Source of the DNA: Blastocatellia bacterium
GTDB lineage: Bacteria; Acidobacteriota; Blastocatellia; RBC074
DNA: 50,196 nucleotides
Reading direction: 5' to 3'
NCBI GenBank assembly: GCA_031423535.1
Contig: JANPFS010000932.1
Span: 1-50,196 of the forward strand
This document shows positions 1 to 8,757 of the stretch, one piece after another. The translations under genes and the position numbers were made by a program. Below the pieces are notes generated by a model. The model did not search any database. It was not told where the DNA came from and worked only from the letters and a program-made list of their open reading frames with translations. The stretch's first letter is position 1; each line of letters starts with the position of its first letter.

Positions 1-127
1 TGGCAGCAGCGGCTCTAACACCGCGAATTGCGGCACGGTTAAATCAGTGGTGTAAGCCATTCTCCAAGTAAAAACGATTTCCCATTAAACTGCAAACAGG
101 TTCTATAGAACGATAGACAGCAAAAAG

Positions 128-240
128 CCGTCTGAGGATGAGTGCCGCGACTGAGCGGATTGAGACAGGGTTGTGGTTCCCATAGCCTATGCTACAACAA
201 CCCGTCTGAGGATGAGTGCCGCGACTGAGCGGATTGAGAC
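128..240. repeat. Pair of perfect 39-nt direct repeats around a 35-nt hairpin spacer (CRISPR-like mini-array, or 1.5 copies of a 74-nt tandem duplication)
   Basis: CCGTCTGAGGATGAGTGCCGCGACTGAGCGGATTGAGAC is identical at 128-166 and 202-240. The repeat 3-prime end GGATTGAGAC resembles the ATTGAAAC-type tag of many CRISPR repeats, and an AT-rich stretch lies upstream. Against CRISPR: only two repeats, the spacer is a near-perfect palindrome (168-203), there is no further in-phase copy, and no cas genes are in the window. Confidence 0.6.
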
Positions 241-266
241 CTAGTAAATTCAAAATAGGAGATGTT

Positions 267-449
267 ATGACAGAAAAAAGGCAACCTGGTATGAATTTGA
301 CTCAACGACAAAATTTGGTGCTTACTCCACAATGGCGAGCGAGAGTAGGTGCCGAGGAAAAGACAGACAAGCCGGGACTGGTAATCCCGCCTAAACGCAA
401 ACCTCGCGGAAAGCGTAAGGCCAAAACAACCGCCGCAAAATTAGGCTGA
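267..449 (+). CDS. Small (60 aa) Lys/Arg-rich hypothetical protein
   Basis: ATG 267 lies 5 nt after AGGAG (257-261). The longer GTG-216 version of the ORF would start inside the direct repeat. No recognisable family. Confidence 0.3.
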   Translation: MTEKRQPGMNLTQRQNLVLTPQWRARVGAEEKTDKPGLVIPPKRKPRGKRKAKTTAAKLG

Positions 450-812
450 GCGACGGAGCGGAGCGGGATGGGAGAATGTGTATGAGCATCTGGGATGCGC
501 TTGTTGCCTTGCCGCAACTCTGCGCGGATGAAAAATCACCGTAGCGCTACGGTAGAGTTCTGCACGTGTGATGGTTGTCGAACAGAGCCTGAGCATATCA
601 TCACGCGCAATCACGCCGGGCGAACGATTACGCCGGTTGCCATCGTAAACCGGAATTTTGCCGAACCCTTGCGGATTACCAATTCCAGCATGGGAGCAGC
701 ATTGGAAGTGCCGCTCCTGTTTTTGCGCGTGTTCGCCCCGTTGGATGAGTAGGTGAGGAATACTGACCGGCCTGTAAATATTGAGCGCCATCACAGTCAG
801 GCCATTTATCAT
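441..812 (-). CDS. Diverged DUF559/Vsr-like endonuclease-domain protein (123 aa), possibly degenerate
   Basis: LLIQRGEHAQKQERHFQ ... IPVYDGNRRN ... RDDMLRLCSTTITR follows the DUF559 layout (LW..LR...FRRQ ... E.DG..H ... RD..L...G..V.R), but several conserved residues are replaced. The start overlaps the upstream ORF stop by ATGA. Confidence 0.4.
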   Translation of the reverse strand: MINGLTVMALNIYRPVSIPHLLIQRGEHAQKQERHFQCCSHAGIGNPQGFGKIPVYDGNRRNRSPGVIARDDMLRLCSTTITRAELYRSATVIFHPRRVAARQQAHPRCSYTFSHPAPLRRSA

Positions 813-1048
813 ACGGAAAATGGTTGGAAGTCGTTTTTAAACAGCCTCTCTTCACAAAAATGTGGGATCAGTTTGCTGGATAAGCGGATACGGTCATCAG
901 TTCCGGCGACCACTTTCGTGCTGGTGGCAAGCTTGCTGTAATCAAGCGGCCAGGGAGTTGCTTTATAGTTTACTTTTGTGCTGGGAGATTGCTGCAAAGT
1001 TTTTGCAGTGTTCATCAACTTAGAGTCAGTCATAATCAAGGAGACCAA
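809..1048 (-). CDS. Hypothetical small protein (up to 79 aa) translationally coupled to the DUF559-like ORF
   Basis: The ORF stop overlaps the downstream start (GTATGATAA at about 809-815). Composition is protein-like (K/T/S rich). No family recognised and the start codon is uncertain. Confidence 0.3.
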   Translation of the reverse strand: MVSLIMTDSKLMNTAKTLQQSPSTKVNYKATPWPLDYSKLATSTKVVAGTDDRIRLSSKLIPHFCEERLFKNDFQPFSV

Positions 1049-1846
1049 ATGCCTTCTGTCGTAGTATCATGGTGGGGAAAATTCTCGCGTTCTCATTCGT
1101 TGGAAGAGTTGATGCAGACGGTAGAAGAGATTGGGAAATTATCGCATAGCTACTTTACTGAACCTCCTGTCGTGAGGCGTTATGACGAGACTATTGTAGG
1201 AAATATCATTCTCTGGTCACAGGTATTTCCGGGTGGAGTCGTGCCAACAGCACCGGGCGTCAAGGTCTTGAACGAGAAGTTTGTGGCCATCTCGAAAGCC
1301 CATCTCTGGGGCGTTGAGTTCAGTCTTTATGACCCGCGGTACCGGAAACCGCGATTGGATGTTATCAGTTTTGTGCTGGTGTCAAGCGATATACCGGAGT
1401 TGGATGGCAGGCTGGTTTCAGTAAGGGACAGGGGAGAATGCGCTGAACACCATGAAGAAATAGTACAGCAGGCTGACTGGTATTTAACCACACCGTATAT
1501 TGATCTTCGTTATTATCTGGAGGGTTGGATGAATCGCTTCCTGGAATGGGGCAAGCATTTTTATTTACCCTCGCTGCAATATTGTGCCTATGAATACAAT
1601 CCGAGTGACGGGGCATTCGCGGGTATTGCCAGGGACGATGCAGAAGCGCGACAGCGAGAACTGGACAAGTTGAAAATCTGGTTCGGGGAGGAAGTTGCCT
1701 CATGGGAAGCCTATGTGATGGATACTCCTGAAATTCTCCATTTCACTCGGGTAAACCTGGGGGAGGAAGAGACTGACGAGGAGGCGGCTGGTAAGATCAC
1801 ATTTTTCGCAGTTCGAAAAAGCAAGGCAGAAGACCAGGAGGAGTGA
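1049..1846 (+). CDS. Hypothetical protein (265 aa), acidic C-terminus
   Basis: Long ORF 989-1846. The internal ATG 1049 is preceded by AAGGAG (1038-1043). No motif recognised. Confidence 0.6.
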   Translation: MPSVVVSWWGKFSRSHSLEELMQTVEEIGKLSHSYFTEPPVVRRYDETIVGNIILWSQVFPGGVVPTAPGVKVLNEKFVAISKAHLWGVEFSLYDPRYRKPRLDVISFVLVSSDIPELDGRLVSVRDRGECAEHHEEIVQQADWYLTTPYIDLRYYLEGWMNRFLEWGKHFYLPSLQYCAYEYNPSDGAFAGIARDDAEARQRELDKLKIWFGEEVASWEAYVMDTPEILHFTRVNLGEEETDEEAAGKITFFAVRKSKAEDQEE

Positions 1847-1856
1847 AGGGGAGAAG

Positions 1857-2222
1857 ATGCCGGCAGAGTTTTCCCCGTTATCTAGTGTCGGAGCTAGCAT
1901 GGAAACTATTCGAGAAGAAGTTGAATGCGCGATCTGTCATCGCCAGGTCATTGTTTATCTCGTGTCCATCGGCTCGGAACACCAATTCATCAAAGCCATC
2001 TTTTGCAAGGGCTGCGAAGATGTGGCGCGAGCAAGAGCGGAAGAAGAGGTCTTGCGGGAGCTGACCAAGCATGCCCTTGCCGAGTACAAGAAGCGGAAAG
2101 CCGAAGTTCTGGAGCAGTACAAGAACGGGGAATACAGCGCCGAAAGCGCCGCCGAGCAGTTGAAAATGCCGCTGGCTGAATTTATGGAACGAGCCGCAGA
2201 GGTTCTTTTGGAGGAGGGGTGA
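1857..2222 (+). CDS. Hypothetical zinc-ribbon-like protein (121 aa)
   Basis: ATG 1857 follows GGGGAGAAG and lies 11 nt after the previous stop, suggesting an operon. CAIC ... CKGC pairs suggest a zinc ribbon. The C-terminal half is helical and rich in E/K/A. Confidence 0.55.
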   Translation: MPAEFSPLSSVGASMETIREEVECAICHRQVIVYLVSIGSEHQFIKAIFCKGCEDVARARAEEEVLRELTKHALAEYKKRKAEVLEQYKNGEYSAESAAEQLKMPLAEFMERAAEVLLEEG

Positions 2223-2683
2223 CAATAGATATGTTGAGCGTGTCTGGTTGCCAAGGACAGGTGGGGCGATTTGATTGGGTGGGAAATTAGGCAGCGATCC
2301 GTTCGGCTTCTCGTTCTCCTTCCGCCAGTTCGCGCCAGGCCTCGTCTAAAATTCGTTCGTCTTCTTCTTCAGTTCGTCAGGAATATCGCCATATTTTCTT
2401 GCGGCGATGCGACACCGAGACTGCGGCGCGCTCGGATTCAAATTCAGCGACCACTTCTGGCGAGGCGTCTCCATAAACTGGCGCAGCGCAACAAACTTTG
2501 GTCAGAGAGCGGCAATGCTGTGCCGTCACTTTGACGTGAGTTGCCGAATTCCCCCGTTTTTAAGCGCGAATTCGGCTTATCGTTTTTTCTAAATAGAGTA
2601 TTAAAGAGAGCCTGTGGAAATGTGGGAAACTTGAGCTAAAGTCGCCAACTCCAACGTATTTTCCCTCCTATTTATCAACGAGC

Positions 2684-3232
2684 TTGCGCGCTACAATGAA
2701 ATTACTTTTACAAGTAATTTCTTTTTTGATGCTCAAACGCATTGCAAATTATCTTCATCGCCAGAGTTACACTTCTCATCATGTTGTTCATCATCGCTGG
2801 TGGGGACCGATTTGGCGAGGTCTCGCTGTCGAAGGAACTGCTAAGCATTATTGGGCGATTGGCAAGGCAGTATGGTTGTATATTTACCTGATTGTGCATG
2901 CCAATCGAAAAGCCAGCACGTTGTTTCGGTTAATCCCTTCCATTTCGAAAGATATGAGCATCCCTCTCATAATGATTCGTGCTTGGTTGTCCAATTTGCG
3001 CAAGCACGGGTATATTATGACGAAGAGTACAGGAAGAGGGCTGGAGATTATGGTTTTGAAATGGAAAGCGCTCCGAATGAAGGGGGACAAGCGTAACCGA
3101 GGAGAATCGCATGTTGTTTTTTGTGGTAGGGGAAGTTGGTGTCGGAAAATCCGCCATAGCCGCGCGAGCAGGTGGGGTGTTGTCTCTACCGGTCTACGAA
3201 GTGGATGTCCTCAAAGCGTCGGTTTATGGTAG
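2684..3232 (+). CDS. Hypothetical protein with a winged-helix-like segment
   Basis: 182-aa ORF. ISKDMSIPLIMIRAWLSNLRKHGYIM looks like a wHTH recognition region. The 3-prime 120 nt overlap the next CDS out of frame, so the true end and start are uncertain. Confidence 0.3.
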   Translation: MRATMKLLLQVISFLMLKRIANYLHRQSYTSHHVVHHRWWGPIWRGLAVEGTAKHYWAIGKAVWLYIYLIVHANRKASTLFRLIPSISKDMSIPLIMIRAWLSNLRKHGYIMTKSTGRGLEIMVLKWKALRMKGDKRNRGESHVVFCGRGSWCRKIRHSRASRWGVVSTGLRSGCPQSVGLW

Positions 3233-3647
3233 CTTTCCGGATTATGTGCGTTACCGAAAGGCCGGGGCGCTGGTGCCGGATGTGTATCGCTTTGAATTGT
3301 ACCGAGAGTTTTTGGCAACGCTTTGCAGTCCCGGTCACACACCGAAGCACGCGCTTGTGGTGGAGAATTTCTACACCAAGCCGCCGCGCCAGGTACTGTA
3401 TGCTGCAGCGACGAGGCTCTTTGCTGGCTACAAAGTGATTTGGGTGACTGCCTCAGTCGCAACGCTTCAGCAGCGCTCGCAAACCCAAAGGGTAGGACAT
3501 GATTTGCCCAATGCTTGGAAGATGAATCGCAAGCTGGCCACATTTTTTCAAGGCGTGCCGGAAGCTGAGTTAGTCCTCCCGAACGAAGCCGAAATAGAGT
3601 CCAGTGCTCAGATTCTGGCCGATTTTGTTCGCCTATATTTGGCCTAG
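3111..3647 (+). CDS. P-loop NTPase / small kinase-like ATP-binding protein (178 aa)
   Basis: Walker A motif GEVGVGKS sits at the extreme N-terminus, as in small nucleotide/shikimate-type kinases and AAA_33-like proteins. Confidence 0.65.
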   Translation: MLFFVVGEVGVGKSAIAARAGGVLSLPVYEVDVLKASVYGSFPDYVRYRKAGALVPDVYRFELYREFLATLCSPGHTPKHALVVENFYTKPPRQVLYAAATRLFAGYKVIWVTASVATLQQRSQTQRVGHDLPNAWKMNRKLATFFQGVPEAELVLPNEAEIESSAQILADFVRLYLA

Positions 3648-3756
3648 ACCGAGAAAGTTCATAATTCCTTTTTACTCTAGGAGGCTATTGATGGGTATGG
3701 GGGAGAGTCGATTATCCTGTTTGTCATACTGAAAACCAATGAGGTGCGAACGTGAC

Positions 3757-4161
3757 TCACAAAGGTGCGGAATCTTCCTTTAGATTGCACGTCTGGCACC
3801 GACAACCGATGAGTTGGATATACGCGTCGAAATACTCCGGCCCGTAATCCAGTGTGATTTCTGCTCCGGCTTTGATCGTCTGCTCTGACCAAATCCACAG
3901 GCGTTTGCCAGTGGTGTAGGCGGCAGCATTGGGTTGGCAGGAATGATTGAGGTAGCGGGCGGTGTTTGTGCGGTCTGTGCCATCTACGGCGTGCGTTGTA
4001 TTGAGATACATAATGTAGCGATTATCGGCTTTCTCCGCTTCTGCCTTTGGGATGCGGGTGCCGGTGTATTCGAGGATGCGTGTCTCCGGCGGAATGTCTT
4101 GTTGAGCGAACATTCCTAAACCGGTAGTAGAACGCTTGATGGCGTATTTCTTTTTCTTCAT
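3757..4161 (-). CDS. SET-domain protein (putative lysine methyltransferase, ~134 aa)
   Basis: Hallmark motifs are NHSCQPN, EITLDYG and a post-SET Cys cluster CRCQTC. The likely start MKKKKYAIKRS is at 4161 within ORF 3757-4188. Confidence 0.8.
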   Translation of the reverse strand: MKKKKYAIKRSTTGLGMFAQQDIPPETRILEYTGTRIPKAEAEKADNRYIMYLNTTHAVDGTDRTNTARYLNHSCQPNAAAYTTGKRLWIWSEQTIKAGAEITLDYGPEYFDAYIQLIGCRCQTCNLKEDSAPL

Positions 4162-4599
4162 GCATTCAATTGGGAGATTGACTAACAATGGTAGATGATC
4201 TCATACAATGCGGCAGAATACCTTTACGGGCGGAAAACTGATGCGGCTGAACGCGCGTGGGAGGAAATCAATTCCTGATCCTGAACACCAGGCCCGCTCG
4301 GCCCGCCAGTTCGTTTGAATCTCAAAGTGAGAATCAAAACAGCATGTCTCTTTACCTTGCCGGCAAGCTTCTAAAATTGGGCCGGAAGGGAGAAGAGCTG
4401 TGGCAATCACAAAATCAACCGGCGTGTGGCAAATGCTCGGCAGTGTTTTGGCGCAGTCACAAGCGATCAGGTATGATGCCCGCAGTAACCTGTAAGCAAG
4501 GCAGTACCGCTAACAAAGGCAGAGAAAACACACACAGACAAGCGCGCCCACACGACGTGAAGAGTTCGCGTTGGGCCGACAATTCCGGGAGGAACGTAA

Positions 4600-6300
4600 A
4601 TGAAAACACGACCACAACCAAGCCTGGCATTGCGCAAGATCATTGCTCGTCTCACCTGGCTGCTGCTCTTTGCCGTCTCCGCGCTGGCGGCAACGCGGTT
4701 TGAGATTTCATATCCGGCAGAACTTGATGCCGGGCCGATCACTGGACGCGTGTTCGTGATGATCTCGAAGAGCAATCGCGTCGAGCCACGTTTGCAGGCC
4801 GGTTCGTACAACGCTTCCGTGCCATTCTACGGATTGGAGGTGAAGGCGTTGAAGCCGGGCGAGAGTGCGGTGCTTGACGCGGGCGTGTTGGGCTATCCCG
4901 TCGAGAGTTTGAGTCAGCTTCCAGCGGGCGAATATTACGTGCAGGCATTGCTGAACGTTTACACGCAGGTGCAGCGCAAGGACGGGCACGTGATCTGGGT
5001 TCACCTGGATCAATGGGAAGGTCAGCAGTGGAATCGTTCGCCGGGCAATCTGGTCAGCGAGGTACAGCAAATCCGGCTCGACCCGGCTGCCGGATTCAAC
5101 GTCAAGCTCAATTTGACGAAGAAGCTGCCGCCCGTCGCCATCCCGCCTGATACTGAATGGGTCAAGCGCGTGAAGATTCAGAGCAAACTGCTGACAGAAT
5201 TCTGGGGGCATCCGATGTATCTCGGCGCAACGGTCTTGTTGCCAAAGGGCTATGAGCAGGACACGAAGCAGAAGTATCCGGCGATCTACATTCAGGGGCA
5301 TTTTGGACTCGGCGCACCCTTCGGGTTTACGACGCAAGCACCCGCGATGCCGGAGAGTGAGGAGCAACGCAAAGCTCGGCTCAATCGGGGCGCACGAGAG
5401 ACGAGTTATGAATTTTCACAAGCGTGGATGGCGAACGATTTTCCGCGTATGGTGGCCGTGACGTTTCAGCATCCGACGCCGTATTACGATGATTCGTATG
5501 CAGTGAACTCCGCTAACAACGGGCCGTATGGCGATGCGTTGTTGACGGAGTTGATTCCGTATCTGGAAGAGCATTTTCGGCTGCGTGCGGAGCCGCAGGC
5601 GCGTGTATTGACAGGCGGTTCGACGGGCGGCTGGGAATCGTTGGCCTTGCAAATCTTGCATCCGAAGTTTTTCAACGGCACATGGTCAATGTATCCCGAT
5701 CCGGTAGATTTTCGGCGTTATCAAATGTCGAACGTGTACGAAGATGACAATGCGTTTGAAGTGCCGAGTTGCGATTGGGCCAAACTCATTCGCCCGCTGT
5801 CACGCAACGCCGAGGGGCAGGTCACGCTAACAATGCGCGAGATGAGCCGGTTGGAAGCCGTGCTGGGCAGCAACATCCGTTCAGGACAACAAATCGCGGC
5901 GTGGGATGCGGCATACGGGCCGGTGGGCAAGGACGGTTATCCGCGCCCGATCTGGGATCGGCTGACAGGCAAGATTGATCGTGAAGTGGCGTTGTATATG
6001 CGCGACAACGGCTACGATCTGCGTTACAACCTGGAAAAAAACTGGCAGCAGATCGGCCCTGATCTCGTCGGGAAGATTCACGTCTATTGCGGCGATATGG
6101 ACAACTATTATTTGAACCTCGCGGTCTATCACTTGCAAGATTTTCTAAAAGATGCCGCGAATCCCAAAGCCGACGCCGTGTTTGAATACGGGCGACCGAT
6201 GAAACCGCACGGCTGGCAACCGTTCACGAATGCTGAACTGGTGCGAATGATGGCCGCGCGCATCAACAAAACTATGCAAGCGAAGACCGCAGCAAAATAG
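4600..6300 (+). CDS. Secreted alpha/beta-hydrolase, putative esterase (enterochelin-esterase-like), 566 aa
   Basis: N-terminal signal-like hydrophobic segment. The nucleophile-elbow-like GGSTGGWESLAL lies in the C-terminal half. It is the only long ORF in this region; the antisense ORFs are low complexity. Confidence 0.7.
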   Translation: MKTRPQPSLALRKIIARLTWLLLFAVSALAATRFEISYPAELDAGPITGRVFVMISKSNRVEPRLQAGSYNASVPFYGLEVKALKPGESAVLDAGVLGYPVESLSQLPAGEYYVQALLNVYTQVQRKDGHVIWVHLDQWEGQQWNRSPGNLVSEVQQIRLDPAAGFNVKLNLTKKLPPVAIPPDTEWVKRVKIQSKLLTEFWGHPMYLGATVLLPKGYEQDTKQKYPAIYIQGHFGLGAPFGFTTQAPAMPESEEQRKARLNRGARETSYEFSQAWMANDFPRMVAVTFQHPTPYYDDSYAVNSANNGPYGDALLTELIPYLEEHFRLRAEPQARVLTGGSTGGWESLALQILHPKFFNGTWSMYPDPVDFRRYQMSNVYEDDNAFEVPSCDWAKLIRPLSRNAEGQVTLTMREMSRLEAVLGSNIRSGQQIAAWDAAYGPVGKDGYPRPIWDRLTGKIDREVALYMRDNGYDLRYNLEKNWQQIGPDLVGKIHVYCGDMDNYYLNLAVYHLQDFLKDAANPKADAVFEYGRPMKPHGWQPFTNAELVRMMAARINKTMQAKTAAK

Positions 6301-6498
6301 CAGAGGGCGTACTGTCGCAGTGCAACCGCGCCGAAGAACGCGAGTTTTATTTACGGCGCGAGGACACCGAGTTATCCATGCCTCTTTTTCTTTTGTCTCG
6401 TTGTTTTGGCCGTTTGTGTTACTGCCTTTCAGAAAATTGGTTTACCAGATGCGTCCAAGCCCTTCGTTGTAAAGATTGCTATCGTCAGCCACACACGC

Positions 6499-7014
6499 TT
6501 ATGAGCGAGGATTCTGTTCATTGACGAATGCGAGGCAGCGTTTGGCGAGCTTTGCTAACGGTTCGTTTTTTTGGCGCGATAAAGTCAGGAGTCGTTGTCT
6601 TAGCAAAGCCAGATTTTTGCACCCCATGCCACTTCCATCAGCAGCAGCGGTCAGCAAAATCAGTTTGTCCTGCTGTGCTTGTGGCCGCGTCGCTACGGCT
6701 TGTAAAAAAGTCTTCGGCTGAGTACATAACAAGTCGCTGAAGAAATCTCCCAAGGCTTCTGATATAGCCCCGTCACTATGCGGCGCAACATCCATAAGCT
6801 TGGGAAGCACGCTTTTATCACCTTGCTGGTAGAGGCGAGCTACCTTGTAAACGGACGTTTCGTCGCAGTCATACGGCGGCCCCGGATGCACACATTTGTG
6901 AAGCTCGGCGAGTAGTTGCGCCCGTTTTGTGGGATGAGTTGACCGCTGTTGTGCCCACGTCGGAGCGGCCAGCAACAGCGACATTCCAAGCAGGAGCAAG
7001 CCTTGGCATTTCAT
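6499..7014 (-). CDS. Secreted hypothetical protein (171 aa)
   Basis: Signal peptide MKCQGLLLLGMSLLLAAPTWA. No family recognised. Confidence 0.55.
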   Translation of the reverse strand: MKCQGLLLLGMSLLLAAPTWAQQRSTHPTKRAQLLAELHKCVHPGPPYDCDETSVYKVARLYQQGDKSVLPKLMDVAPHSDGAISEALGDFFSDLLCTQPKTFLQAVATRPQAQQDKLILLTAAADGSGMGCKNLALLRQRLLTLSRQKNEPLAKLAKRCLAFVNEQNPRS

Positions 7015-7029
7015 CAGAAACCTTTCTCA

Positions 7030-7608
7030 TTATTCCTTCAGATGCGATTCAATGCGGCGGTCGGGAATGAACCAGAGCGCCGCCACTGCGAAATAAATCC
7101 CCATCGAAAGCCACGCGTGAACGAAAGCTGGCATGGCGACCAGATAGGCTACGAGCGAGAGGTTGCCCTTGAAATCGCCACCGATGGCTTTGTGCAAGAC
7201 CGAGTCCTTCCCATGATGGCGCAACAGAATGCGCGTGAGGATCGAGTAAGCAACGCCAGCCATGAGCAGCACTAAGCCATAACAAATCACGGGAATCCGA
7301 TGAAAATGATTCTCCCCCATCCAGCCCGTGACAAAAGGAATCAAGGAGAGCCAGAACAACAAATGCAGGTTGGCCCACATGGTTGGCCCGTTCACTTGGC
7401 GCACAGCGTGCAGCAAATGGTGATGATTGTTCCAGTAGATGCCGACGTATACGAAACTAAGCACATAGCTAAGGAAGACCGGCAGCAAGGGGCGCAACGC
7501 GGCGAGGTCATCCCTGTGCGGAACCTTCAACTCTAAAACCATAATGGTGATGATGATGGCAATCACGCCATCGCTGAACGCTTCCAGGCGGCTTTTCCCC
7601 ACGGACAT
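7030..7608 (-). CDS. TMEM175/DUF1211-family potassium channel (192 aa)
   Basis: Signature RLEAFSDGVIAIIITIMVLEL at the N-terminus plus about 6 hydrophobic helices. Confidence 0.85.
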   Translation of the reverse strand: MSVGKSRLEAFSDGVIAIIITIMVLELKVPHRDDLAALRPLLPVFLSYVLSFVYVGIYWNNHHHLLHAVRQVNGPTMWANLHLLFWLSLIPFVTGWMGENHFHRIPVICYGLVLLMAGVAYSILTRILLRHHGKDSVLHKAIGGDFKGNLSLVAYLVAMPAFVHAWLSMGIYFAVAALWFIPDRRIESHLKE

Positions 7609-7946
7609 TCTCCTCTTCGTGCAAACTTTTCACGGCAGTATTTAGGCACTGCTATGACAACCGCATCTGCTTGGTTGGCGGCGGCATTGTGGGGGAACAA
7701 GAGGAGATCACCAAAGGTGACGGGGCATTGCTGGTCGCAGCGGAACTAAACTTTTTTCAGCCCCGCGCAGGCTTACGAAAAAATTGACGCTTATCTTTTC
7801 AGGAAAATCATTCGTAGGGCTAGAGAATGGCTGAAAACCGCGACCGCAACTAATAAGACCAGGCAACTTGGCACGCAGTATCGGCGCACAATAAAAAAAT
7901 CCCGATGATCATTCCAGGCACACGACGGAACTCGCCGAACGGTTGC

Positions 7947-8262
7947 GCCTAAACTTAGCCAAGACTTGGCTAAGTTTATTTCTGGTGTCCTGACGTGGTC
8001 TGCTCAGTAGGCAGAAACAGGCAGCGAAATTGGTATGGGCAATGGTTTCACTCAAGCATTTTCTCCCGCAATAGTGTCTGAGAGCGAGCATGGCAAGATG
8101 AACCTGCCAGATTACCAGACACGCCCAATCTTTCCTGCCTGTTGAAGGCTTAGCGACAAGCCCTTCTCGGAATCAGAGATGCGATAGATGTGGTGGATGA
8201 GTTCTTGTCACCAAACAATTCGCGCCTGGCAGTTAACCCGCGAAGCCTTTTATGCTCGTCAC
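7947..8262. repeat. Copy 1 (full, ~315 nt) of a dispersed conserved intergenic element; candidate structured ncRNA or non-autonomous mobile element
   Basis: Collinear with 9811-10122. Identical blocks are GTTTATTTCTGGTG (7974), GAAACAGGCAG (8014), TTCTCCCGC, GTCTGAGA (8076), CCTGCCTGTTGAAG (8134), GCGACAAGC (8153), GTTCTTGTCACC (8201), CAATTCGCGCCTGGC (8216) and GTTAACCC (8232). Terminal palindrome at 7951-7977. Internal complementarity: AAACAGGCAG with CTGCCTGTT, and GACAAG with CTTGTC. Confidence 0.7.
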
Positions 8263-8331
8263 TGTCAGTAGAACATTTGTGTGATGGTGTCCGGTGTGGG
8301 CATGCATAAGCTTTCCGCTCACCTCGACACG

Positions 8332-8661
8332 CTAACCGAGTGCGCCCTTATACTGGGCATACTGTTCCTTAGATAAAATGAGTTGTAGGTTGGAAACGGT
8401 CTTTTCCGGCTTCTCTCCGCCTAGCATATCTTTATCGGCGTTCACGCAGATCGGTCTGATGAGGTGTAGTATCCAGTAAGTTTCTGGCATGTCGCCCTTC
8501 TTCACATTCGCGTAGTTCGGTGGCCCAGCGAAAGTTTTCCGAGTGATTCTCCCCTTCAAAGTTACTGTTGCGGGTTCATAGGAAAGACAAACATGCGGCC
8601 TCATAGCATTCGATGAAAAACCAACGCTGAATAGCAGTATGAGCGAAATGAGCCATTTCAT
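8332..8661 (-). CDS. Small secreted hypothetical protein (109 aa)
   Basis: ATG 8661 is preceded by GGAAGGAGA. Signal peptide MKWLISLILLFSVGFSSNA. The longer ORF to 8745 lacks an RBS. Confidence 0.6.
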   Translation of the reverse strand: MKWLISLILLFSVGFSSNAMRPHVCLSYEPATVTLKGRITRKTFAGPPNYANVKKGDMPETYWILHLIRPICVNADKDMLGGEKPEKTVSNLQLILSKEQYAQYKGALG

Positions 8662-8757
8662 TTCCGTCTCCTTCCTTCTCAGAATTTTAATTTGGTCGTC
8701 AGTCGGTAAGTTGCCAAGCAAGTCTATTTTATGGTGGTGTGGCAATTGTGTTTCTCG

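Noticed and set aside
1-127. Additional CRISPR repeats or a cas gene remnant upstream of the two repeats
   Set aside because: No sequence resembling the 39-nt repeat occurs at the expected 74-nt phase (around 54-92) or anywhere else upstream. The 69-aa minus-strand ORF (44-253) runs through the repeats and is not credible.
2271-2600. Plus-strand ORFs of 87 and 61 aa, and a possible decayed minus-strand gene
   Set aside because: The plus-strand ORFs are Arg-rich with no motif. Minus-strand translation gives protein-like pieces (…VYGDASPEVVAEFESERAA…, …EAWRELAEGEREAERIAA) in three different frames. At best this is a multiply frameshifted relic of unknown family, which is not enough to annotate.
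4708-5367. 219-aa minus-strand ORF opposite the esterase gene
   Set aside because: Antisense shadow ORF, Arg/Leu-rich, with no RBS or motif.
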